The notes under the pieces are model-generated. The model saw only the letters and a program-made list of their open reading frames with translations, did no database searches and had not been told where the DNA came from. The translations under genes and the position numbers were made by a program. From the NCBI GenBank assembly GCA_964016885.1, contig OZ024740.1, positions 63,054,001 through 63,118,000 on the forward strand: a stretch of DNA of 64,000 nt. The letters run 5' to 3'. Shown here one piece after another: positions 51,174 through 64,000 of this stretch (positions are counted from its first letter, which is position 1; each line of letters starts with the position of its first letter). This stretch comes from Eledone cirrhosa. Its lineage: Eukaryota.

Positions 51174-52920
51174 GACGGCTATTTCTGGAACGGCTATTTC
51201 CAGAAATAGCTGTCTAAACGGCTTGAAATTAAAATTAAAATTAAAATCAACATTACAATTAAGCCGTTAATATACACACGCACACAACGCATGCCTCTGG
51301 CACATTACAATCATACATACAATCCACGTGCATTCCATATATATTGTTATGAAACACATACCCTTTATATTCCATGTATACATCAAACCCATGCACATCT
51401 CATATATACTTTTATGAAATGGATGTTACTCATAACCACAATATATATAACTTGTTTGTGCACGCACGCACGGCCCATATCTATCCACAAGCAACGAGAC
51501 CTTCATCATGCGCAGGCTCCCACCCAGTGCCTTAGACCACCAGCCCCCATGTATATCATATAAACATTTGCACCACAGCCCCCAACTATTGTATGCAACT
51601 TTACGCACACCCTGATAATGCCCGGTCCCCCTCTGCATCCTTGTCATGTATGCATTCTCTTTTTCCAGCATTTTATTTTATTGTATTTTATCTTATTTTA
51701 TTTTATTATTGTATATTATTTCATTATTTTATGTTATGTAATTACATTTTTTTTATATATATGCCACCCACGCTATATGCAATTAGTGCAGGCATATTGT
51801 GCTGCCGTAACATTTAGGCATATTGTGCAGGCACCTTCGAACTCACACCGCCACGTGATCGGCTTGGATGAAAGCCTCAAAAGCATTGTCTCATACAATA
51901 CTGTGTGCACCATCTGCGCAGGAAGACGGGTGAGGAGGTACTCATCAAGTATATGCCTCCGGTGTGGGAGCACGCGGGTGCATGTACGTATGTGTGTCCA
52001 CACAGACATGCATGATCACGGATGTGCGCATGCGTGGGTCGATGTATTTTTCTGAGTATGTCTGCGTGGGGGTACGGATGACTTTCCATGGATTTTTCTT
52101 TTCTCTTCTGTCTATATATGTGCGGCGTCTGGGCTATGCGCGCTCCCACTCCCCTGGGTCCAGTGTATGAGTCTAGAATTGGGTGTATTTGTTGAAAACA
52201 CTTTTGATATAGTCTTCCTGTTTGAAAGGCTGTTGAAAGCTTTCTTTTAAAAACGTTCTTAACACGGGTTTTTTCTTTTTCTTTTTCTTTTTGAAATATG
52301 TATGGTGGAGGGCATTCTAAGCTGTGTCCTACAAATGTTATGCTAAATATCCCTATGATTTGTTTTTTTTTAAATTCCCGCCAAGCATTATTTATGATGA
52401 CTGCCGCATACAGCATAATTGCGGGTATGTACCTGACCGATGGGCAATGAAGACGTCGAAGTGATGCCAGCCGTTCAAGATTACAGCCCCTCTCCCACCA
52501 CAGTAGTAATTCTGATACACGAAGAAATTTTGATTGACAGGTGGAGAACGAGAAGAATCAATAAGTGGGCAACCATGAGTGGCTAGAAATACCGGTGACG
52601 TGTACAATTCTTGACCACTTATGGAATGAGAACAACAGGATCTAAATCAACAAACGAAGAAATTCGATGTTAAAGGACAATAGAAAAATCTGCTTCGTAG
52701 AATCAAGACGTATCTGAGGACCGCGCGATTTCGGAGTCAAGTTTGATCACCATATCAATTGTAATATGTCCAATAAATTCCTTTCGACGCAACACTGATT
52801 CTCTTTTTTCTGTGATATCATACTCTGCTCTACGAGGGCATTGAGAGCTCATGCGGCCTACTGCATACGGACGCTTTAAGCATCCAACACCAATTATATA
52901 TATATATATATATATATATA

Positions 52921-53720
52921 TGCAAAGGTTTTATTTAAAATTGTTGGGTTACAACAAGTAAATATTTTATAACTGATATAAAGCACTCGACAAGTTTTTG
53001 GAGTATATATACGATATTAAACAAATGGAAACTATATTTATAAAACCATATTTATTTCATTATACATATTTCAGGGATACCATATTAAAAATATGGCATG
53101 CCTTCGTCAGATAAAATACAATATATAAACAGTTTTATAAATAATTTTGACGTACCATATTATAAGCGACCATTAAATTAGGAAGCTCTCTGGGTAGTGA
53201 TTTGTTTATACTGTTTTTTCTTTTTCTTTATCTCCAGTTTTTTCTTTCTCTCCGTCTTTTTTCTAACTGTGCATAACACTATAACTAAATAATTATTATC
53301 CTTCTCTCTCTATATAGTACTCCCTCTCTCTTGAGTTGTTCTATATGTATGGTGAATTATTATTTATCTGTTGCTTTCGTTTGCCTCTCTTATTTCTTCC
53401 TTGTTCTTTTTCACCTCCTCCTTTCTTTCTCTCCCCTCTATTTCTCTGTTTTTTCTTTATCTCCGTTTCTTCTTTCTCTCCGTCTTTTTTCTAACTGTGC
53501 TTAACACTATAACTAAATAAGTATAAACAAATCACTACCCAGACAGCTTCCTAATTTAATGGTCACTTATAATATGGTACGTCAAAATTATTTATAAAAC
53601 TGTTTATATATTGTATTTTATCTGACGAAGGCATGCCATATTTTTAATATGGTATCCCTGAAATATGTATAATGAAATAAATATGGTTTTATAAATATAG
53701 TTTCCATTTGTTTAATATCG
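52921..53720. mobile_element. Inverted family-A pseudo-LTR pair with HHRs (53054-53117 -, 53615-53678 +); tail on left arm
   Basis: CTGACGA..GAAA-tatgta-TA; homologous to 23626-24039. Confidence 0.8.
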
Positions 53721-53738
53721 TATATATATATATATATA

Positions 53739-54191
53739 GAATAAGGAAAAGCGAAGTAGTTTCAGATGTTCAAATGTTCAAGTCCTTTAATAATAATGCT
53801 GTGATATATATTTCAGTGACGACACTGGCCACACTGTTCTGTGTGCGAGTGTCGTGTCATCATCAGACAGCTTGTTACATAATAAGGTTATGTTTCCGAG
53901 GCAATCCAAACTGGCTCGACAAGGGAACGGATGAATTGCGTGTTCTTGGGTTTTTCATTGCCTCGGAAACATAACCTTATTATGTAACAAGCTATCTGAT
54001 GATGACACGACACTCGCACACAGAACAGTGTGGCCAGTGTTGTCACTGAAATAAATATATATCACAGCATTATTATTAAAGGACTTGAACATCTGAAACT
54101 ACTTCGCTTTTCCTTATTCGATATTTACTCCGTCACTCCTATGTGGAAAAAGTACGTTGAGTGCTTGAATTGAATTAGATCAATATTTACC

Positions 54192-54195
<4 letters not shown>
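53739..54195. mobile_element. Inverted pseudo-LTR pair with HHRs (53798-53870 -, 53991-54068 +) and tail
   Basis: gctgt-CTGATGA-tgacacgacact..agtgtcgtcact-GAAA-TATATA-TC-acagc. Confidence 0.8.
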
Positions 54196-54269
<74 letters not shown>

Positions 54270-54677
54270 TAAAAGGAAAAGAAAATGCTGACAAATTGTT
54301 CCCAGTGAAAAATAGTTTAATTAGGAATAAGTAAAAATTAGTAATAGTATTGGTTAGTATTCAGTTTTGGTTTTAAGTTTTACCGGTTGCGCATTTCTAA
54401 TGCTTTTCAAAAATAATTTTGAGATAGAGCGCCCGTGATGTTTGCTCTGATCTGTATATATATATATATATATATAGATATAGATATATATATATATTAA
54501 AATAATAGATTAAAGTTTAAGCAAAGAATCGCTGCTTTCACCCTTAACGGATCTTCTGCAACTCACTTTAATCTGTTATTTTAATAAATATTTGCTCTAC
54601 GTTTCTTATGTATTTGATATATATTTATCCTTATCGAGCCCTCTTTGGATTTTAGTCTTCAAATTTATTATTATTAC

Positions 54678-54729
<52 letters not shown>

Positions 54730-54730
<1 letters not shown>

Positions 54731-55138
54731 CACTTTTGAGCTGACGTTTGGGATGCTCCCATACAGCTCTGAGTTTTTCATCCTCAGTGTATACTGATTA
54801 ATGTTCAAAGCCATCCTCAGCATTCTCGTGTAGCACCCATCCACCATCTGAGTGAGTTTCTTGGTCAGTGTCCAAGTCTCAGACTCAAAAGTGACACAGA
54901 GGAGACTGAGGTTAGCTGGACATGCTCACCGACATCCAGAGTTGACATTGCACTCAGTGCTCCTTTGGGAGCCCCTACATGGACACACTAGAAGAGGAAG
55001 ACCAAGGTTAACGTATGTTGATGCCCTAAGGACAGACACTGGTTTGTTGGAGACGCAGGACATGGCAGCGATAATGAGGGACAGAGACCGCTGGAGAGAA
55101 CTCGTCCATGGATCTCGGAAATTTTACCCGCCTTAGAC
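54730..55138 (+). pseudogene. RTE-like LINE 3' fragment with inverted 5' part
   Basis: QRRLRLAGH..LLWEP.HG...RGRP..TYVD.L; 54730-54883 minus encodes the upstream VDGCYTRMLRMALN..NSELYG. Confidence 0.75.
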
Positions 55139-55465
55139 ATATATATATATATTGATAACAACAAACAGCGGAGGACGCGTTTCGCACCTGTCCGACAGAC
55201 AACCTTTACCCCGGAAAAAAAGCCCAGTTGATGGATGTGAATCCGAAATATATAGGGACTATTAAATCTCTCCCAAGGTAACTCTCTCTTGTGTTGTTAT
55301 TTTAATGTTATCCTTTATACTCTTCCCTTCTTTCTTCTACACATTTACACATCTTTACACACCACGCATCTCAACGTACACCCACTTATATCTCTCTCTC
55401 CACCACCGGATCTTGTTACGCGGAGATTTACCCATTTGCATTGTCGAGGCTTCCAAACGACTTAA

Positions 55466-55525
<60 letters not shown>

Positions 55526-55744
55526 TTGATTATACGCCATTTTTCTATATAAGTCTTGCCTCGAGTGAATTATTTTCATAGCTACATACTCTGATGTGTG
55601 ACCAGATGTAAATAATGTATTGGAGATCGAATGACGCAACCTCAGGCGATTACCGAACTCTAGACTCACCTAATCAACGAAACAATTGTCAGTACTTTAA
55701 ATAAAGCCCTTATTGTACAGCCAACTATGTTACACTTCATTCTT

Positions 55745-55826
<82 letters not shown>

Positions 55827-55904
55827 TTTATCCCGGGTTCAATCAGGCGTAACCACAGTAAGTAAGGTACTCAATACAAAGCAGAGTATAAATATTTAAT
55901 ATAG

Positions 55905-56395
55905 ATGAGGATTTTTCTGCGCTGCAGTGAAGCTTTTATTGTTCCGATAGCAAATGAAGAACTGAAACTGGTTCAGCTGTTTCAAAAACAGCTCTTATGT
56001 GACGTGGTTACGGAGACCTATCAAGAAGCGTACTCAGTTATGCGACAGTGGTCGAGAAAGGAATATAACAAGAGTAAAAAGAAAAGGAAAGAAGACATGT
56101 ATATATATAAAATAAAAATGGCGTAGACATACAATAGAACAGGTGGAAACATAATAGTTTCCACTGATGATGTTGCAGATGTGCAACGAAAGAACTTTGA
56201 TAGACTATATATATATATATATTTATATCTGTATTTTTAACCGTTGGTCAATCAATGATAAACGTTGATTGCCAAATAAATTAACTATCGAGATATAAAA
56301 GATACAGAAGCGAAAACCAACCAAACAGTGAGTGTGTTCTGTTATTATTTCTGGCAATATTATTACAACAATATAACCCTCCCCAAGTATAACAA
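55905..56395 (+). mobile_element. 3' end of a PLE related to the tandem element; HHR at about 56155-56208
   Basis: CTGATGA-t-gttgca gatg tgcaac-GAAA-gaactt; terminus ccctccccaagtataacaa(TA)n. Confidence 0.7.
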
Positions 56396-56899
56396 TATAT
56401 ATATATGTATATATATCACCAGTAGCACTTACAGCTTCGTTTATAATAGGTATATATAATCATGTTTAGGTACAATAAACATGCAAAACTCTCGTTATAT
56501 TCTAAACTGTCGTCACGTCAGTGTTATCTCAGTAGCTGGGGAGAATGTCAGCAAAGTCCTTCTAGTTTTTCTCCGATATCGACAACTATACGCTAAAAGC
56601 TAATATGCATTTTCGCGTATGAAATATTAGCTGGGGATGCTCATTTGCATATAGTGCGAACCGGAATGGCTACAATTAATCGGCTGTACCACTAACATAT
56701 CGTTGTTCATTATGAAGGTGTATATGAAGACATATAAGGTTTGGTTATTTATAATGAACATATAAGACTCTCACTGGGAATGATTTCACTGACAACCATT
56801 CTCCCTCAATTACCACACTTTGTTTCTCCAGATGGAGATCTGCTGTTTCTTTTGCCAACTTAAGTTGGATTGCTCCACATCCCCCACATTTCGCCTTCC

Positions 56900-57760
56900 A
56901 CACTTCTCCAATAAATACGTACGAAATTTTAGGAATCTCCTTGTTCGAAGTTCCCTTATCGTACTCACCGTGTCATTTTATCAGCAACACCACCACCCTC
57001 ATTGGACCAAACGGTCGTTTTTTCAAAATTAGGGATCCCTTTTGCTGTACCTTGACGAGTCGCGTCTACGGCCTTCGGTGTAAGCTAAGCGAGGCCGTCT
57101 ACATCGGCCAAACTGGTCGTCAACAGGCGGACAGCTTTGCTGAGCATCATCTTCAGGATATGTGATTCCTCAATCTCTGGTTGCCTGACATTTCCTTTCC
57201 GCCGGTCATTCCACACACCGTGTTACTGCATCATTTCTTGTAGCGAACACACGAATTTGTGCCTTCCAGAGGGAGCAGCTCCTCATCTTCTCTTACTAAA
57301 TCATTATCCTATTAACCATATGCATCACCCCTTTTCCTCTAGTCTGCTTTCGTCATACCCACCCACACACATCCCATTTACTTGCACATCGATACACATG
57401 AAATATCCTCAGCACAAAATAGCAATTTTCACCACCATATCCCCCTCACGCATGCCCCAACACACTCATTAGCGTACATTTGAATATTTACACACATCTA
57501 AACACACGTATACACATAGAAAAACGCACACAGTCATTGAAAAATACACATAGATACGCAGCTAAACCACTACACACAGATGCGGACATAGACTAAGTAC
57601 ACACGCGCACGAGCAGAAGGACGTGTTTTTCCTACCGGCGGCATATCACAAAATCAAATTTCATCTGAGGATGCCGTTCTCATAACAACAACAAATGCAT
57701 GAATTGCATCTTGATTGCATGGGAGAAGCGTTGAAATAATCATCTTTATTAATGCTATTA
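56900..57760 (+). pseudogene. Decayed PLE GIY-YIG fragment followed by an HHR-like motif (57665-57743)
   Basis: FCC..SRVYGLRC....VYIGQTGR....FAEH; CTGAGGA..GAAA-taatca-TC. Confidence 0.6.
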
Positions 57761-57846
57761 TGGCACTGAATCTCGTAACTACAAACTAAGAATGTTGAGA
57801 GCTTTCTCCTGCTTGCTCCTGTTTTTTACCAAAACAATGTCTTCGG

Positions 57847-57963
<117 letters not shown>

Positions 57964-58399
57964 GCACATCTACAAGCTCACACATTCGTATATATATTAG
58001 CGTTAAATCTGCCTAACAATGAATATGGTTTCTTGATTGATCAAAGGTAGTTTAACGAGGTGAAGGAGAGTAGGTGGTATTGAGAAGGTTACTAGCAAAA
58101 AAGGTAACGCAAAATCAATCACAATTACGACGGCAGACTCTATTGTGGATCCCATATAACATATTCTGTTTGTCTGCAGAAATTTAATAAAAGTGCCAAC
58201 ATCAAGCCTCTTGTAACCAAAATAGCTATCTTCCTCGTGTACTTGAAGCATCCACTGAACCAATTGATGAAGTAGAACTAAAGAAAGTAACAAGTGCATC
58301 CGTTTGTTTGAAAGGCTGCTGAACTAAACAACATTTGTTAGAATCTGCTAGAGTTTTTCTCAATGCCAAACTTTTCTTGCCAATTATGTATTTCGTAAT

Positions 58400-58800
58400 T
58401 AGAGGAAAGGACGCAGAAGAAATTCTATAATGGCAGCAATGTCAAAGAAAAGAAACAACTTTATTATCACTCATGTGCACCAGAGCAAATCTTCTTTAAC
58501 CGAATTTTACTCATGAGACTATGAACAAGAATAGAGGAATTACTTCTAAGAACAAGAATAGAGGAATCATTTCTCAGTTGTCAGTCTGGCTTCGTTCCTA
58601 ATAGAGATACTAATTAAAGTTATTATAATAGGGAGTTTCAGATAACTCTGAACCAGTACAGTGAGCTCGTTTTAAATTTTAATAATTATTAGGAGTATAA
58701 TGTATGGACAGTCGTCTTTTAAGTAAACTCATTCTTCTGGTAACCTTTGTGGACTTTCCTAAAGACATTGATTATGTTATGTATGAAGGACAGCAATTTA
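58400..58800 (+). pseudogene. Highly decayed LINE reverse transcriptase remnant
   Basis: Remnant motifs QSGFVPNRDT (58582-58611) and FVDFPKDIDYV (DFxKAFDxV-like). Confidence 0.4.
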
Positions 58801-58925
58801 AGTTATCCTAAATTTCTCTGACTCGCCAAATACATTCATTAACTATGTTTTTGTACACTTATATCAATGGTAGCAGATTATCTTTTTATAATTATGTATA
58901 CATTATTTGATGGATACATTATTTA

Positions 58926-59292
58926 GGGCGGTGGATTGGCAATATCGGTAGAGGGGCGGACGCCATGCTTTGCAGCATAGAGTTACGGCCCTTTATGATC
59001 TGAGTTTAAATCCCGCCGAGGTTAAGTTTGCCTTTCATCCTTTCAGGGTCGATAAAATAAAGTGCCAGTCACACACTGGGTCGATTTAATCGACTCCCCC
59101 ACCCACCCCCCCAAAAAAAAAATTGCTGGCCTTGTGCCTATATAATAAATCATTATAAAGGGCGGTGGATTGGCAGTATCATTAGAGGGTCGGACGCCAT
59201 TATTTACAGCATAGAGTTACGCCTCTTTACGGTCTGAGTTCAAATCCAGCCGAGGTTAGCTTTGCCTTTCATCCTTACGGGGTCGATAAAAC
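58926..59292 (+). mobile_element. Two tandem tRNA-derived SINE copies
   Basis: ggcggtggattggca..gagttcaaatcc..gcctttcatcctt..gtcgataaaa. Confidence 0.75.
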
Positions 59293-61046
59293 AATTATTA
59301 AGAGAAAACCATCCACTAAATTTCCGATTGTAAATTTTCCGGTGATAGCCTTTTGTTGATGGCTCAACAATTTTAAGTGACAACCCTTTGATTGTTGAAA
59401 GATAAGTGGCAATTTTCGAAATGCACCTAGAACTCCAAGCTTTTTATTTTAGAATATTATATCTATCTAAAACCTATCATAATTTTATTTAAGAACCATT
59501 GTTAAGCTATGCTCCAAACACTAGATAAATACTGTGAATGCTAATCATTATACTAAATCCCTTCAACTTTTCGACTATATTAAAGCAGATTTAAAATTTA
59601 GAGACCACGTTTTTCATTAAAAATATCTTAAAAAGCAAAATAATGTTTGTTCGCTACCTGAACCCAACATTTATGTATATATTCTCAGGAGTTTAATTGT
59701 TTTCTCTTTGGTGTGACATGGCTAAATACTCTTAGACAAAAACGCCAAATAGCACATGTTACTTCATTGGAAATTGTTTCAACTTGTATTGAAATAGTTT
59801 TCTTTTGTAGAAGAGAGGCCAGTGCAAATAAAATAACTGTTGCATATCACAGTATTTCACGATTTACATTTGGAGTTCATTTTCTACAAAAAAACAACAT
59901 GAAGAATCTAAAAATCAAAGAGCGGTTAGTCTGTGTTTTATGTTAAAAAAGATGGGTTTTAATAGGCCATGCTTTGAAGCTATATACCGTTATTATGTTT
60001 ACTGAGACATTACCTTTTGAAGAAAGGTTGAGTAAAAAGTATTGCTTGGACAACAGAGATGGTTTATAGGTAGGAGCTTAGAAATGTATGTCTCTGTGGG
60101 GAATAAGCGGTGGTGTTTGTTTGGTAGAAAGAGAATGTGTGGGGAATAGGCTGGGAGGTATGTTAGAAAAGAAGAGGGGGGTATATTTCAGCGAGTATAT
60201 AGGATGATGGTGCGTCCTGTGGCCACAGAAGTACCAGAATACTTTCAACAGATGCGCCACTGCTAAAGACATCCATGAGATATATGGTGGTGTTAGACTG
60301 GAAAACGTGATGTGCCTACTACCTAGAAAAAAGGAATAATTCTACTTCATTTATAACGGGATTAATCTAAATATCTAAATGAGTGGTGATCGATAGACCA
60401 TGAGGTTAGATCTGAAGGTGAGAAGATGTAAGTATAGTCCTGATTTGTTGAAAGATGCTTATTTATTCAGATATTCAGGCAACAGAACGTCGACAGATTG
60501 TATTGAGTGCTAGAGGGAGAAAAGAAAACAGTAGAAAGAGTTGGAAGTAGTAACTACTTTCAAACTAAGTCACGAAATATTTTAGAAGCTCAAAAGTATC
60601 AAAGAAAAATCTTTTAATGGTGTTTTTCAGTGTCTGTCTTCTACAGGTTTTATTAATATCGCTTACCAATTATTTAGATTTTTTGGTATGGTTGTGAATA
60701 AGCACGATTTGTTAAGACAATCCATATATCAGTAAATAATAGAATGACGCTGTTGCTAGTCAGGGTTTGGTTGTGTTTATTTTATTGATAGTTTTTGTGG
60801 AACTGATCTTCTATGAACTTGACATATTTTCCTACACAGTTGCTGTTTTCTTTCTGTCTAAAAAATGTATCGATTGAATTGGTAAGCAGGATCAAGTATG
60901 TCTCAGAACAGGAAAGAGGAATGGAATTTTGTCGATTTCAATTTTCATTCACCACGTTCGGAATGTGAAACTCTAATTATATATATGCGCGTCATGTAAC
61001 AATGCTAGACTCAACCCTATATATATATATCAACTAGAAATTGATT

Positions 61047-61112
<66 letters not shown>

Positions 61113-61117
<5 letters not shown>

Positions 61118-61846
61118 GAATGATCGAGAATCGGAATATCGGCCCACGAAATCACGATAAACAATATCCGACATGTGTGGCAGAGGGCTCAATAGTTTGG
61201 AAAAACCAGAGCTATAACTATCGTTAAAATACCAACACACAGAGATCATGCCTAAAATCACCCGTGCAGCCGAAAAAGAACGACCAGGAAGATTCGGGTC
61301 ACTCAAATAAAATATCAATAAATTAATAAATTAAATGAATGTAAAAAACTCACCCGGACCCGCTAGAAGGATGTTAAAATCTAGCTTAATGGGTTTCTGC
61401 AATTCCTTAATCAAATCACTATCAGCCCACATAAAAAATATATATGACTTCTAGTGAGGAGACGAACGAGAAAAGGCTTCTTCAACGAGTTTCCGTTCAA
61501 AAATACAGGGGGACCCACAGCCAAAAACGCACATGGTATTCAGCAAGGGAGGGAACCCCTATATTAGCGAAAGAATTCGATGATGTGTAAAATATGTAAA
61601 AATACAAAGTATCTCATATCGAATCAGAGTACTCAACATACGTGTTAAAATAAACAAGAGCTATTCATCAGTCAATAAGATCAACAAAAAATCATCAATA
61701 AAATTAACTGGTCAATAGCTAAAGACTGGAGCTAAATACAGTAGAATGATCGAGAATCGGAATATCGGCCCACAAAATCACGATAAACAATATCCGACAT
61801 GTGTGGCAGAGGGCTCAATAGTTTGGAAAAACCAGAGCTATAACTA
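61113..61846. repeat. Direct repeats (61113-61220, 61740-61846) bounding a (TA)n-flanked insertion
   Basis: About 107-bp near-identical copies. Confidence 0.7.
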
Positions 61847-62198
61847 TATATATATATATATAAAATAAACATATGAATTTCTCTCAGACATGACACCCTT
61901 AATTTAATTTTGGATATATATATATATTAATATCTATTTCTTTGCCGGAACGAAACCGATCTCATAAGAGAGTATCATTATGTTTCCGAGGAAATCCAAT
62001 ATAAAGACGCCGGTTGTGGTGAGTTATGCTTCTCTGCGGCCCTAGCTGCTGGCATGGAATTGGGTGGTAGACGGATGGTCAGCCAGTCCTCCACCTCTAT
62101 GCCTGCGCAAAGCTGTAGAGTGGATCTAAAGTTCACAAGAGAGTGAACACCGGCTATGAAAACATCCTTTTTGTCTGTTCCCTTGTCGTTAGATTGGA

Positions 62199-63848
62199 CT
62201 AGCAGATTTACCCGGCGTTGCTCGGGGTTTGAAATTATGCTAAGAATATACAGCTAGTTAGTAAAAGAAAAACATTATTTGTCCTCAACCTGTCAAAATA
62301 AGCAGAAGTCTTCAATAATTAATGCAAACGAATATTTAGTGCAATCTTTGTACACATAAAACTATGCTGGTAATGAAGGAAAACACTGAACAGGATGTAA
62401 TTATATAAATTATTAAAGACAATACACGTTGCAAATCTGTAAAAAAACAGGCAGTTTTGCTAAAGTACAAAAAGTTGTAATGAAAGCAGAGTTGTATACA
62501 AACACAAAAACAATGAGAGTAGAATAAGAGAAAATCTATTCTTTGAGAGCATCCTTTGCTGTGTATGGTTAAATTTTTAACTTATAATCCAAAATATCCT
62601 GCATGACATATTCATTGGTATGTTTTGTAATGAGTAAGGTGAAGTCAAGGCAGAGCTGTAATAAGTTTTTTTTGTTAACACTAAAGCACTTCAGGATAGA
62701 CGATATTCTTTGTTTTTCTTTTCGGAACAAACGCAAAGAGATTATCTCGACTGCCAACTCATGAGCAGGCAACGTAGAATTGTCCGTGCGAAAAGCAAGG
62801 TTCATCCAAGTGAATTCCAGCGACGGGCAGAGTTTGACCTTGCGACTTGTTTATGGACATCGCAAAGGCAATACGAAGGGGAAATTGGGTTCGGCGAAAG
62901 GAGATGGGAGTATCCACGCCTGATGTAGTCAGACTAATTTTTGTTATTATCACATCCTCGCCTTTTCCACATCCGGCTAGAATGGTAGCGTCAATACTAA
63001 GTGGAGACACTTTTTTAACCACAAGGCATAGTTTTGGAGGAGGGATATTTCTCAGCAAAATAACTGGTGTTCCCTCTTTCAGAACCAATGTATTAGGAGG
63101 TAAACCAGGAGAATTTAAAGAATTTAGAAAGTCAACTGGATAATCGTCATTTACACGCATTGTTTTCTTCGACTGATAGCCAATATGTGCATACTTTCTT
63201 TTACGGGGCATATTTGGTGAAAAGTTGTAAAGTCAAAATGTATGAATTGAAGCGTTACAGTTAACTTTGAAAGTGCAACAAATTTTTGTTTTTTGTATCA
63301 ACACGGTTTATGAAAGTTTAAAAAATGTAAAAGTTGTAGGTCCCAATGGTTTGAATGGAAAGTCCCATAACGATTGTTCTAAAAATAAACAAACCATCAT
63401 CAAAATCTCGTCAATTCGAGACTGCTGCGAGATTAGGCCCTTAACGCGAAAATTAACACTTAATATACTGAAACAAGTTAAAACAAGTGCTTTTTTAACT
63501 TTTAAAGTGCAACAAAGAATAAACAAGAAACAAACGATAATATTAGTGATTTATTTTCAAATGAATGTGATGTTTATATTTCTGAAAAGTTGGTTATCTT
63601 CCTTTTTTATAAGGATTGTCAATAAAGTTGGTTATCTCCCTTACATCAATTTTGCTACCGATAATTTTGATATCGATTTTTTATTGTTCAACGTGGATCG
63701 ATTTGAAAAATGTTTGTGATGTCACAATCTTAGCGACCTGTGCAACGTGCACAGAAAATTTGGTCAAATTCAGTTGGTAATTGTAAAAGCCTTAAGTATG
63801 CAAAGTTGTACACAGACACACACATCCTCGCTTTTATATATATAAAGA
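62199..63848 (-). mobile_element. Helitron deletion derivative
   Basis: Minus strand a|TCtttatatatataaaagcgaggatg ... cccgagcaacgccggg taaatctg CTAG|t; contains a helicase fragment. Confidence 0.85.
62759..63150 (-). pseudogene. Helitron PIF1-like helicase C-terminal fragment
   Basis: FLNSL...GLPP..L.LK.G.P..LLRN, QFPLR.AFAMSINKSQGQTL, FSHGQ.YVACS. Confidence 0.85.
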
Positions 63849-63882
63849 TTGCCTTGGAAACGCAACCTTATTACATAATAAT

Positions 63883-63935
63883 GCTGTCTGATGAGGTCGC
63901 GTGGCCACCATCGTCATTGAAATATGTATCACAGC
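63883..63935 (+). ncRNA. Type I hammerhead motif (family of 53739-54195)
   Basis: gctgt-CTGATGA..GAAA-tatgta-TC-acagc. Confidence 0.65.
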
Positions 63936-64000
63936 TTTGTTAATAAAGGACTCTAGCATCAACACAGAACTTTGCATTTTCCTTATTCTATATATACTGC

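Overview
Animal (eukaryotic) repeat-rich DNA with no confident host gene; the AT-rich, (TA)n/(CA)n-saturated context and the SINE family suggest a cephalopod such as octopus (inference). The window is dominated by Penelope-like retroelements (PLEs) inserted in (TA)n microsatellites. These include a very young head-to-tail array of a 4,423-bp autonomous element (1,326-aa RT + C-terminal GIY-YIG ORF, 10794-22020), several degenerate PLE ORFs, and many short direct or inverted pseudo-LTR fragments carrying more than 20 hammerhead-ribozyme (HHR) motifs. Helitrons, tRNA-derived SINEs and RTE-type LINE fragments are also present. The top candidate for something undescribed is a hammerhead core with its three core strands in reversed (non-circularly permuted, pseudoknotted) order. 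It occurs in two sequence-divergent non-autonomous repeat families (1372-1487/2163-2276 and 7839-7940) with the same helix layout but different, still-pairing sequences, and a third family is truncated at the same motif. All RNA structures were deduced by eye and are untested.
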